A stretch of DNA of 64,000 nucleotides from Vezdaea acicularis (Eukaryota), in assembly GCA_026025075.1 (NCBI GenBank), contig JAPEUI010000008.1, positions 62,001 to 126,000 on the forward strand. Reading direction: 5' to 3'. The notes under the pieces are model-generated. The model searched no databases. It worked only from the letters and a program-made list of their open reading frames with translations, and was not told the origin of the DNA. This document shows, piece after piece, positions 36,120 to 47,602 of this stretch. The translations under genes and the position numbers were made by a program. How positions within the stretch are numbered: the stretch's first letter is position 1; the number at the start of each line of letters is the position of its first letter.

Positions 36120-37968
36120 CTAGCGGAGAGAAAATCCCTTCCTCTTGCCTTCCTTCTCCAGTGGTCGCCCGCTCTCAACACGAGCCTTCTTCTCCTCCAG
36201 TTCAATACGTTGCCGCTCTAGTTGCTCCTTCATCTCGCGATGACGGGCGTAGAGTTCTTCTTCACTCTGCTTCAACTTGCTCTCTTTCTCTGCGACCTTC
36301 TGTTGGAACACCATCTTCATCTCTGCCTCCATCTTGGCTAGCTTCTGTTCGTGTAGAGTCCGCTCTTCCTCCTGCTTAACAGCGGGGTTGACCTCCTTGA
36401 ATACGCTAGGGTCTTGAGCAACACCCATGGCGGTCAACTTCTCGGAGCGATAGTTTTCGTACAGGGCATTGTTGGTGTGTTCCTTAAGCTCTTCCATGTG
36501 GGTCCTAATCAGCATCTGGCGAAGCTTGACAAAATCGCAGTGCTCCTCATTGTCGACTTCAATTACACCCCATGGATAACGACGACCACGGACCTTGCGG
36601 CCCTCGGCACTCGTCACCTCACTGTTGGCACCAACAACTGCGAAAGGAACCTTTGACATGATCTCAGTATTTTCGGCAATGGTCTCCTCATCATCAAGCT
36701 CATAACGTGGGCCCTCGAAGATCTGGATTCCCTGGTGTTGTATATCTGCAAGGATCTAAATTGAAAGTTAGCATTTTTATATCTACCATCCTCAATGGAA
36801 TAGTCTCACCCGCTTCTTGAACATGGCAATCTCCTCATCAGTCAAAGTATCAGCTTTGGCAATGACCGGAATCAGGTTGACCTTGGTGTGAAGACGTCGC
36901 ATGACCTCAATATCGAGAGGCTTCAATGCGTGGCCAGTAGGTTGGATGAAGTAGACGCAAGCGTGCACTCGGTTGTCCACAATATTCATGCGATTCACCT
37001 TGTTCTCGGCATCGAGGTAAGCATCGAATCGTTGCTCAATGTTGTCGACAATTGGGCGCCACGACTCATCGTTGTTAACGAAATCACCGAAGCCTGGGGT
37101 ATCCACAACAGTCAGACGAAGACGGACTCCATTTTCCTCAATGTCTGCGCTGATAGATTGAATAGAAACGGTCTTCGGGATGATATCGAGGCTGGGCCCC
37201 TTGCGCTCCTTGGGAGGGTACAGAGACGTGTTAAAAAGAGTATTGACGAGAGTAGATTTTCCGAGACCAGATTCACCTAAGGACCTGTTAATTATGCAAA
37301 ATGAGAGCAACAAGGCATCCTCATAGCTTATCAGAGCAAATACTCACCAACGACCATGACATTGAAATTGAATCCTTTTCGAACACTCTTCCGGTGCCAT
37401 TGATTAGGTAGGTTTGCAAAGCCGACGTAGCCCGTCAATTTTCTCCGCACAATGTTCCTCATATCACTCGCTGCTAGTGCAGCAGCCTTGGGGTTGGTAG
37501 AGGCGACACTTGGAGCAGGACCTTGGGCATGCTCCTTTGGCACTGGATCTCTTCGTTCGGCTTGCTGAGAAGGCGCATGGCCATTAGGTTGGGGGGCCCT
37601 CTGCATCTGCTGGGGATGCATTTGTTGAGGATGAGGGGCCGGCGAGGCTCTCGTTGGAGCTGCTGGTATGGGGCCGTTTGAAGCTATAGAAGGGGCTTGA
37701 TCAGTCATCTTGATGCTTTGAAAATAGCCACTGATGTGTAGCAGGTAGAGGTGCGCGTGAGATGGAATTCGTCTCGTGGTCAGACACGCGATCGCATACG
37801 ATATGCCATACAACGCAAATGAGACGGTGATGACCTAAAAGCGATTGGTGATGCCAGAGAAAACAATCAAAACGACGACGTGATTCAGGTGCAAACAAGA
37901 TGGTGAAGCTCGCTTTCTATATTGCGCAAGCTTGGTGAAGTGAAGGAACGGTTTTGATGCTTACCCAT
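36120..37968 (-). CDS. CDC3: Septin Cdc3/AspB
   Basis: [62 protein letters not shown], a C-terminal coiled coil and KRKGFSLR. The first coding exon ATGG (37968-37965) is followed by GTAAG. Confidence 0.95.
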
Positions 37969-39171
37969 AGGGAGCGTTCCAACGACAGATGGAGAAGGCG
38001 CAAGTTACACTCGAAGAAGGAAGTTCAACAAAAAATCTGTCGTCGAGGCCCAAGTCAGTAACGTCCCACAAACGATCGCCAAATGTTGCTGGTCCCTTAG
38101 GTTGGAGAGAGCGCGAGGCGTACGCAACGTCCAATGTTGGTTCGTATTCCAGTGCAGAAGCCTCGTACCACCAAAGTTACGTGTTTCCTAAGACGCCGTC
38201 CGCTGAAGAATGTCGCCGCTAAGAATGCAAGTCCTTCCCAGAATGTCAAGATGCGAACGGCGCAAAGTTCTTAATGATCGGAGGTTTCAAAGTCGAGAAA
38301 TTGGACAGATGTCGTGAAGGTCTGACAGTTGGAGTTTGAAAAGGGGGCCAAAGGGTTCGCAGGGATCGTTGCTCAAAAATTTCCCGGAAAGCACAAGCCT
38401 CACGCTTTGGCGACCACACCCAAGCTGGTAGACACAAACGTACCTTTATGGAAGAGCCTGCAAGAGTGATGGAAGTACAAATGGCTCAATCTTGATGATG
38501 CCGGATGAATGGAAGAGCTGCCTAAAGGAGAGGATGTGCTGGACGACTTTGGCACGGTCAAATTGGGGAGTGGTTCTCCTGGAGGAGATCCCTACTCAGC
38601 GAGCCACGAGAGGGAACCCAGATGGCTCGCTAAACAAGGGGCATGCGCTAAGCCCGGACGAGCCTGGGCCGTGCGTCAGCCCTCGTCCAATCAGAAAAAG
38701 AAATTAATCTCGCGGAATCAAGTTCACATCGACAGCTATCTTGACGCTAAGAGCACACATACTTGGTGGACAGCAGCTCAGACCATGGCTTGGCTGTGAT
38801 TTTTTTCTAAAATGTTTTAAAGCTAGACAACAAACGCCCTCGTAAGACATCTTTTATTCGAAAGCTCTGATGACCACACGGGCTATCCGATTTTATTGCG
38901 ATTTTTAGGATCGCTTACACGAGGGATCATCCTGGTAAGAAAAGTAGAAGGATGTAGACAAGCAGCATCTTGTTAGCTCTGGGAAGAAACAACGTCTCGT
39001 GGATTGTCGCCAGACTAGGATACACGGAAAATCTTATTACGTTTTTGATAAGTCACTATTAGCACGTTGCCAATCGCCTCGGTCTCTGTATCGAGTCGAA
39101 AGGGGGGGAGTCGCGAATGTGGAGCACCGCGGTGGAGTATGGTCGGAAAGGACACAATATACTCTATCATT

Positions 39172-40054
39172 CTACCGTAAATACCTAAGCACCAAATAAC
39201 AGAATCCCAAGAAGATGACGACTCCAGCCCAGAATATCCATTTGTCCTGTTTCGCCCTCCGCTCGACCATGCGGATAGTATCACCACTGATCCCCAATGT
39301 GTTTGCTACCGAGTACAACCTCTTCTGAGTGTTCTTCAGCATTTCCCTCTGCTGGCCCAGGTCTCCCAGTAGAGCCCTCCCTCGGTCTAAAAACTCATCT
39401 AGCTGTGAATTTGTGGTCTCCATGAACGTCTGCTCCCTTAACGCGTGCGTTTCCCGTGTATAGTCAGCTGGCGCCGCTCCAAACCCTAAAGCATTCGCAG
39501 GTCGAAATGCGGAATGACTGGCTTCCGTATTGGCATACGGATTCTCTGGCGTGGATGTGTTGTGTGGCCTTCGGCCTAGTAACTCCGAGCGATTTACGGC
39601 GGTTTGCTTATGCGCTCTTAGCCCCTGAAATATGCCAACTTTGATATGAACAGCCTTACCGAATCTTCTCTGTCTTGCTTCAGCCGCTCAAACTCATGTC
39701 TGTAGTCTGCCAACTCCGCCCTGAAATTCTTCACCCTCTCAAATCCCTTCTCCTGCTTCGCCGGTATTAATTCCCGCTTGACCATTGCATTGTAATCGTC
39801 CAAAGTTCTTGAAAATGAAGTCAACGAGGCGGATATCTGGCCTATTATATCAACTTCTTAGTGATCCCTGACCCCTATCATTGACAAAGTGAGTACTCAC
39901 CCTGGAGCGCGGGTGAAGTCCCGGGTGGACTGTCAGCAAAGGCGTCAAGATCCTTGCGCACTGAAGACGACTGCTTCAGCGCGGAGTTAAAAAGGGAATT
40001 CTGTTCATGGCGTGTTAGCTTCAGGAATAAGCGTTCGGACTCGAGACTTGCCAT
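39172..40054 (-). CDS. BOS1: ER-Golgi Qb-SNARE Bos1
   Basis: M|NSLFNSALKQ, GQISASLTSFSRTLDDY, RSELLGRRPH, LYSVANTLGISGDTIRMVERRAKQDKWIF and a C-terminal TM helix. Confidence 0.93.
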
Positions 40055-41307
40055 TGTAAAGGAGCGGGTCGCAACACTTTGGCGCCTCTAGTAGTCTACC
40101 AATTTCTTACAGAAACATGCCCTGACTACCGCCAAGTGATCCTTGTTTCTTGAAAGTATGCGCCCGAAACATCCGCGGTCATGGACACGAAGCGCAATGC
40201 ATTCGGAGGATACCTGCGGATGCCACACGTGGCTAGAAACTTTTTGCCACGGTCCTGCCTCCGGCCCCCCTAGAACCCTGGCTCGGCTTCGTTCACCGCC
40301 TTCGGGACCAGCAGGATCAATAACAACTGTTCCCTTTCACCTATCGGCTTAGTGGCCGCAATCCTCCAGCAATCGCTAGTGAGCATAGACAGAAGCGGAC
40401 ATTCCTGCCAGCAATGACGTGAAGGAGGACTCGGCTTCACTAAACGCCGAAAAGCGTGCGCCAATCGGTCGACAGATCCAACTAGCGGAATGCATTTTTG
40501 CTAGCAGCAACCGCAGCCTGAAATACGCAGCCACGGCCTTGCTTCTTCCCTTTCGATCAAGCGAAACGAAAGCAGAAACCATCTACGAACTCAGAAGGGT
40601 CGCAGCAGAAAGTCTTCCAGTCGATTTGTCTCTCCGTTGTCGAGACAAAAAGCCAACATAATAACCGAGTCCTGCCCTTTTTCACGTGCTAAAGAGAAGC
40701 TGTCACTCCAGACAGTTCTCCGACTTGTCGAAATCTTCCTTTGGTGGGGTAGCGCTCAATTGCTCGGACTGGAAGGTACTCAACCTGCACGGGCTTCAGA
40801 CGTCAAGCTGATAGTTTAGCCCTAAGGGACAAGAAGCTTCATTGTGTGTTTGTGCCTCGGCTGTATATCTCTATGTTTGGACGAAAGCGTTCTTCCCAAT
40901 AACCCGTCAATTCGCTTGCGCGGCCTCCGGAACGGCCCTTCCCAAGCTGGAGATCCTTACGACCTTTCAACACAGAAGTCGACGACGTCCTGCCAGGGCT
41001 GGTGACTTGCTGAGTGTCGTATTGGAAGCACAGAGCGTTCAATCCCAAGCCTAATACTCAATAGAGATACCGCCTCTACCTCACGATTGCATCGTTGCGA
41101 CCGCAAACTTATTCAACAGGATATCACCATCTCTCTGCTCCGAGTTGCGAGTTGCGCCCTTGTGGATAAGTCATAGGTCATTCACAGAACTCTTGGCCGA
41201 ACCTCCCTCCACTTAGCACATTATCCCCGACCGTCTGCAGCAACCTCGCCGGTGCCTACACAATAAACAGCTAAACCCAAACTACTCCCTCTCCAACTAG
41301 CATAGAC

Positions 41308-41706
41308 ATGCCACTATTCACCACTCCAACGTACCTTCTCCCCGCCCTCCTCCTAAACCCTGTGCTCCTCCTGCACACACTCAACACGATCCTATCACGC
41401 CTTCTCCCCGCCGTCCCAACCTCCTTCCCTGGCCCCGCACCCTCGCTCCCAATTTGGGGGCCCTCTGCCATTAACCCCCCTATCAATATGCACGCACACG
41501 ACAATCTGTGTTGGAGCTATACCGTCGTGATGGTCGGCGTGCAACTTATGGCCTTCGGACGAGTCAACGACGCGCGCGAAGCGAGCAAGTCGCGAGATAG
41601 AGAACGGAGAGAAAAGGAGGCCATGCGGGAGATGAACGGAGACACTAATGGGACCAATGGTGAATTGAAGAGTGATTCGGGGAGTGGCGAGGAGGAGATG
41701 GCTTGA
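41308..41706 (+). CDS. Small hypothetical membrane protein (132 aa)
   Basis: Single ORF with good start context, two hydrophobic segments and a charged C-tail; NLCWSYTVVMVGVQL. Confidence 0.65.
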   Translation: MPLFTTPTYLLPALLLNPVLLLHTLNTILSRLLPAVPTSFPGPAPSLPIWGPSAINPPINMHAHDNLCWSYTVVMVGVQLMAFGRVNDAREASKSRDRERREKEAMREMNGDTNGTNGELKSDSGSGEEEMA

Positions 41707-41971
41707 TTGAAAAAAATAAGACGGGTTTGGGCCGGATAGAGTCGGGCGGCGTTTAGGTCTGCTGATGAAAGAACCTTGGAGGTATACGCGAGTACGGATC
41801 ATAGACAAAGGAGGTGTTGCAGGTCTTATTAGAGCATATAACTAATTCACATCGATACTACCGTTGGAACCATACGGGAAGTAAGGGTACATGGAAGAGC
41901 AGAGATTATGTTGCTCGGAAGGAGATGCGTCCGTAACTCGGCCATCCAGAAAGCCTCCGTCTCATTCCACG

Positions 41972-42801
41972 TTACTTCTTGGGGTACTTGTTCTGGAAGA
42001 GATACCTAGTCACACGCTGTCAGTCCTCATGCAGTCACTGAAGGAAGTAGGGAAAGGAACGAACTGGCTCAAGTAGTAATCCCCCACGGCGAACAATCCT
42101 ACCACACCCGCCCACGTCCCCACAACCCCCCAACTGAGTTCGTTCCTCGCATACTTCTGATAAGCACCAAAGCCCAACGCGCCACTCAGGGCCACAACCG
42201 CGACCGCATTAGCGATGTACACCGGATTATCCGAGTTATCCCTGATATCCTTGCCGGCCTTATCGGCATTGTGCTTCGCCTGGTCTTTAGTGTGCTTGGC
42301 CTCTTTCTTGGCTTGGTGGGCCTTGGTCTCTGCTTTGTGCTCGAGCTCTGTGGCCTCGTCTTTGGCTTCGCGCTCGAGCCGATCGGCTTGCGAGGATGTC
42401 TTCACTTGCTGCGATTTGTAGTCTGAGGGCACGGTCCCGACGTGCTCGCTGTCGACGTCGACGAGGGAGGAGGTCTCCGTGTCGATTGTGTGCTCGATTT
42501 CGGGTGGGGGGTGGGCCCGGCTGTGGGGAGATACAAGGTCAGTATGTGAGGGTCTGAAGGTGATGGTAAGAGATTTTGTTTGGCTGGGCTGGGGATGCGC
42601 TAGATATGGGACTGATTCGCAATGGGTGCAATTTGGGAGTATCGCAGGTATCATACGTACGCCTAAAGAAGGATTAGCCATCCAATCGATCGTGTGTAGC
42701 GCGTTCATCATAAGCTTAGTTATAGCTTGGGAAGTAGCAGCTAAACATACTTCTTCAGGACTCTGTTTCGGGCCCTTGGCCGCTGCGGCAGCGTACGACA
42801 T
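41972..42801 (-). CDS. Mitochondrial outer membrane protein OM14-like
   Basis: Spliced MSYAAAAAKGPKQSPEE-A-RAHPPPEI, SLVDVDS, VKTSSQADRLERE, DNPVYIANAV, two C-terminal TM helices and a last exon YLFQNKYPKK*. Confidence 0.82.
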
Positions 42802-43341
42802 CTCCTATCAAACCTTGGCGAGCAAAGGACGAAGCAAGTAGATCTGCTCTGCTCTGTAGGGTCGCATACGTCATTAGTCAAACCCCAGGAGATAGGTGGG
42901 GGATGTCTCGTACGTAGCTGAGTCAACACTTCACAAGAGATCGGTACGCAAGAGGAATAAGAGTAATGTATGCGAAAATAGCTTTAAGTACAGGTCTCAG
43001 GAGCGGTGGTTGAAGCGTCGCGAGGTTCCCAGTTTCGGGTCATTGCTATCAAGCGTGAGGGAGCAAGGTGTGGCTGGTGCTCGGCTAACTGGTTATTTCT
43101 GATTGGCCAATTTTGTTAGGACGTTAATGGATTTGAACTTGGGGATGAACAGGTTCCTTTGATATCTCACAAGGTCGAGATGAGCTATGTGTGGGTTCGA
43201 TTTAATACAGTATACATGGGAAGAAAAATGAATCTATTGAATTTGAATTTGTTGAGCGCTTTTGGAGGTGGCTCTGGCACCTATCCAACCTCCCAAGCAA
43301 AGCTTGACTTTGACCTCCATAACCTCCTGATGAACGCGAGT

Positions 43342-44685
43342 CTAAGGGTTTTGCTTGACGAAATCGACACCTTTCAGTGCATTTAGTATAGAAACATGGA
43401 CTAGGTCGGATTAGGCTCATACCTTTCTGGATGTTCTTCTTGAGGTCTGACAAGCAAGCGTCGATGAGTCCTTGCTCGTATTGGTTGACCTTTCCAACTG
43501 GGTGGATCTTTTCGACACCATTAGGGCCCAACTCCACTTTTGATGCGAAGAAAGGTACGCCTTGATCCGCATAGAGATCGCTTTGGACGAAAGTTGGCTC
43601 GGTAACTCCCTTCTCGCCTTGAGCAGCTTTCAGTAAGCTCTCTGCAAAGCGAGCACCGGCCATAGCCATCGACAGGGTGGCAGAGCCAGCACCATCTTTG
43701 GCCTTGACGACTTCATCACCCCCAAACTGTATGCGGTTGACTAGCTCATCACGGACCTTGCCATCGATGTCAGGGTAGTTAGATTGCGAGAATATTGGAA
43801 CAATGGTGACACCTGAATGGCCGCCGACAACGGTGATCTTCTCGTTCGCTGGATCGGTGCCCTTGATCTCAGAGATGAAGCGGGAGGCACGGACAACGTC
43901 GAGGGTGGTTACGCCGAACAATCTCTTGGGATTGTAAACACCTTTGGACTTGAATACCTCAGCGCAGATAGGGACGGTAGAGTTGACCTAGAACGGACTT
44001 GTAAGAAGGCAAGATATCGAGGTTATGTGTATGGCTCTTACGGGGTTAGAGATAACTAGGATGTTTGCGTCTGGAGCAGAGTCTGCCGCCGCTTTGGCCA
44101 AATCTCGCACAATTGACGCATTCGTGTTGAACAGGTCTCGACCATTCGTCAGCTTATCATTCAGTACCATTTCTAGAGCTTCTCGTACCGTCGCGAGTCA
44201 TTCCAGGCTTGCGGGGGACTCCAGCCGGGATCAGCACAACCTCGGAACCCTGTAGGGCCTCCCGAAGCCCTGAAGGTGTTGGGTCGTGACCAGTGACTTT
44301 GCTTTTGGTATTAATGTGACTTATATCAGCAGCAACACCTAGAGGTTGTCAGCTTTAATTCCTGTCGCACCCTATAGCTCCTCCGATGAATTGTGACATA
44401 CCTGGGCCAAGGCGTATATCGTAGAGAGCGAGCTCCGTCACTCGAGGATTGAGCTTCATTAGTAATGACAATGGCTGTCCAATGCCTCCTGCCGCGCCAA
44501 GGACGGTCACTTTGGAAGACTGCGATACGCATTGTTAGCTTATTCCGTTGTGGACAATGGATAGATTCGTCCGCGCTCCCTAACATCAAAAAGCAAGGCA
44601 GGTGTCAATGGCTTCATACCTGTCTGGCAGAGACGGAGAATGCCCGTCGCTGCAGAGTGTTGACAACATGCCGTGATGCAAACAT
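43342..44685 (-). CDS. MDH1: Mitochondrial malate dehydrogenase
   Basis: Presequence [75 protein letters not shown] and [12 protein letters not shown]. Five introns. Confidence 0.97.
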
Positions 44686-45671
44686 GGTTCCAAGCTGTCC
44701 AAGATTTGTGAAATTCCAACGTTATGATTGTGAAAAGAGTTCAATTGAAGACTTGTCGGGAGTCGAAGTAGTTGGGTTCCTTAGCTCCACTCACTCTCAG
44801 CGAGAAACTTTTATTTAGCCCGAACAGGACAATGGTGCACATACGAGCAGCACACCACTACCGTGAACCGATTGCCACCACAATGTGAAGCACAACCTGC
44901 ATAATCCAGGCCACCGGACCTCCCCCAAAGCTCAAGATAAATTGACTTTTGATTGTTTCATTGCGTCGCATTCTTTTGCGTTCGTCGCAATAGCACTTGA
45001 GATTACTTTCCATAATCAATGGAAATCGTTGTCAGTCAATGGATTCGATACCACCCAGCCATATCTTGTATCACGTTCTTTGATATTACTCTCACACGAT
45101 GTCAAGCTCGAATTTCTATGCTGCCTATTTCTAGTCGCTTCCTGTCTGACAGAGCCCACAGCTTCACTTGATCTTGTCCTGGAAGAGGTTTCTAGACTTG
45201 CTTAATATCCAGCTGAGCTACTAGGCCAGATATGATCAAGGCATGGGAACAAACATGAACTTCTTAGCAGATCTGTCATGTTCAAGCTTCGTTTTGTCCT
45301 CTCCTGTCATCCGACCTGTCTGCGATGGTGACACTTTGGCATCCCAAGATTGAGCAAACATCTTGTCCTCCTCTGTGCTTGTACTCCTGATATATGATAT
45401 GAGAGAAGATATGCTTTCTTCGGCTGAATTACAGACTTAATACTCTTGAGCTGCGTTTGCTCAGAGAATCTAAAGGCTACAGAGCGGACAAACAACCGTC
45501 TTTGGAGGCACGCGATTCCCTTCATGAGCTATAAATCAAAAGCACGTGCTTTGGACCAAACCTTTCAGTTCTGGAACTTATTACTCCTCCTTTACCTTGC
45601 TTGATCGCTACTCACTTTTGCAGCTTCCAGGTCTCAAGCAGAATCCATCGACATAACTGCTCCATATCCCA

Positions 45672-46547
45672 ATGAATAATTATCTGGCTCCTCTGATGCT
45701 TGCTAGAGCTCAAGAGAGGCATAGACAAGCAGGAACTATCACAGGCTATCGGAAGATACAGATCATAGGCCGAAATGGACAGCTTTACACTATCGGTCAG
45801 CACACGCTTTGCGGTTTCCTTCCTAATTTGGGGAGGTATATGTTGAAGTCATCTTACCGAAACGGGATTGAAATCCGATCAGCAATCTCGGCATGCTTGG
45901 AGAACTTCAGGAATTTCTCCTCTGGCTATTCTCATGAATATGAACGGTGCGCGGAATGGATTTTTGAGCACCTCATGTTCGCAGAAGCAAATGATGGAAT
46001 CGCTACACGCTTATTTGATAAAATACAAGCAGACATGCGACTTGAAAAAGGCAGACATGGATCCCTGAAAGCGTTCAGTGCCTTGGGTCACCTCCTACGT
46101 CATGACGTATTTGGATGTAACCAAAATCTACACGATATACTATCAGCCGCCGTGATAGAATGGGCACCTTCTCTGGCTCGCTTGAGGACATCTTGCGGTG
46201 TTGATTTATTGCGCGGACTTGGCGGTAAAGGGACACCGAATTCAGCGGCAGTGAACGCTGTAGTGAAATACACGAAGGATCTTAAGCAACTAGAGAGGAA
46301 GTATCTTGAACCTGATCAGGTGGGTCCTAGGGTTTCTGCAGACATGAAGGTTGCGGCAATTCTTCAACGGATGGTCAAGCCCGTTCGGAAGCCCATGTCT
46401 GTTCCTTTGGGTTGTGGATGTGAAGTATTGGAAATACCGAACGTTGTCTCAAATGGTGCTAGATCTAGGGAAGTAACTATGCCTTCCTTTTGGAGTGGGC
46501 GCATGCCTATCCACGGCCCTCCTCGACGGGTTTCCTGGCTGAAGTAG
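45672..46547 (+). CDS. Hypothetical protein (291 aa), no recognisable domain
   Basis: Long uninterrupted ORF in an AT-richer region, with a TATA-like ctataaat at about 45529. Confidence 0.6.
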   Translation: MNNYLAPLMLARAQERHRQAGTITGYRKIQIIGRNGQLYTIGQHTLCGFLPNLGRYMLKSSYRNGIEIRSAISACLENFRNFSSGYSHEYERCAEWIFEHLMFAEANDGIATRLFDKIQADMRLEKGRHGSLKAFSALGHLLRHDVFGCNQNLHDILSAAVIEWAPSLARLRTSCGVDLLRGLGGKGTPNSAAVNAVVKYTKDLKQLERKYLEPDQVGPRVSADMKVAAILQRMVKPVRKPMSVPLGCGCEVLEIPNVVSNGARSREVTMPSFWSGRMPIHGPPRRVSWLK

Positions 46548-47602
46548 GAAGAATTGACGGTTCTGCACTGATGATCGATAATCACCGTGCAGCCTGACTA
46601 GTAAACGCCTCTCAAGAGTACTCTGGCGCCTGGCAGCGAGAAGAAACTATCCTTCCAATAGCACTACTCAAAGAAATCAATAGTTTACTCTTTCTAAAAC
46701 AGTTCACTTCCTCTACAATAGTCGGTTCTTTCCGAGGCGATATAACATTTTCTCCAACAAAGCGTATTATTCTGGCCTGTAACTTATACAATGGTAAAAC
46801 TCTCTTCGCAAACGTGTCGTTTCATTCCATTGAAGGGTTGAGTGACAATATGGAGAAATCCAACCCAAATAAGAATATTTCTTAGGAAATTGCTCGTTCC
46901 AGCCGTCGCATGTACCACCAGTAGTCTTTGGAGTGGTTGAGCGCTGGATTGAGGTTAACATTCCATTCTCTTGATCATGAGTCACGCGAGGTGGTTGAGT
47001 CAATCCAACATATTATGTACTCCTCAAGAACGCCTTTACAGGCCAATACCAAATGATACAGTTTTCGCACGCCCCTATGCCCAAATCTAATGCTAAGGCC
47101 AATCTTTATTACCGCGAACAGAGGCTCCGAGCCTTTAGCATCTACCCCTGAAATCCTCCCATGGATTAGACAGAAGATTTCAATCCCAAATGGACTCCAT
47201 TTACGCATTTACGCCTGAACCAGTCAGATAAGCCACTGTATTGTGGGCTACACTGCTGTGTAGCTTGCCAAATGTTCCTTGTTCACACAATGCACAAGTG
47301 AAGTTACGGCGCCCTGAAATATAGTACTGTTTCGTTAGTGGGAGCAAAGCATGGTTTACGTGTGGCTAGCATATAAGTGAAGATGACTAAAGTCAGAGAC
47401 TAAGATTAGTCTCAAACCACGTCCGACAACGGTGCATTTATGAACGCAGAACTTGAGATTATCGACACCTGCGGGTGGAACGTTGTATCATACGCCTACA
47501 AATGGCCCAAACTTTATATACAATTTCCCTTAGCGGTTGATCGAACGCCCGTACATCTGATAGCCGCAAGATAAGTATTAAAGCGTGCCTCCCTTGGCAT
47601 AC

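Noticed and set aside
38492..38799. Short ORFs between CDC3 and BOS1, possible TE relic or small gene
   Set aside because: No recognisable motifs, repeats or splice structure.
43230..43345. Stop-codon readthrough of MDH1 to a peroxisomal isoform
   Set aside because: The stop context is TAG ACT rather than TGA CTA, and the extension ends in QIQ, not a PTS1.
47395..47480. Small hairpin (gagactaa-g-attagtctc) and TGAGATTAT resembling part of a TPP riboswitch
   Set aside because: The rest of the TPP aptamer consensus is absent and no thiamine gene is adjacent.
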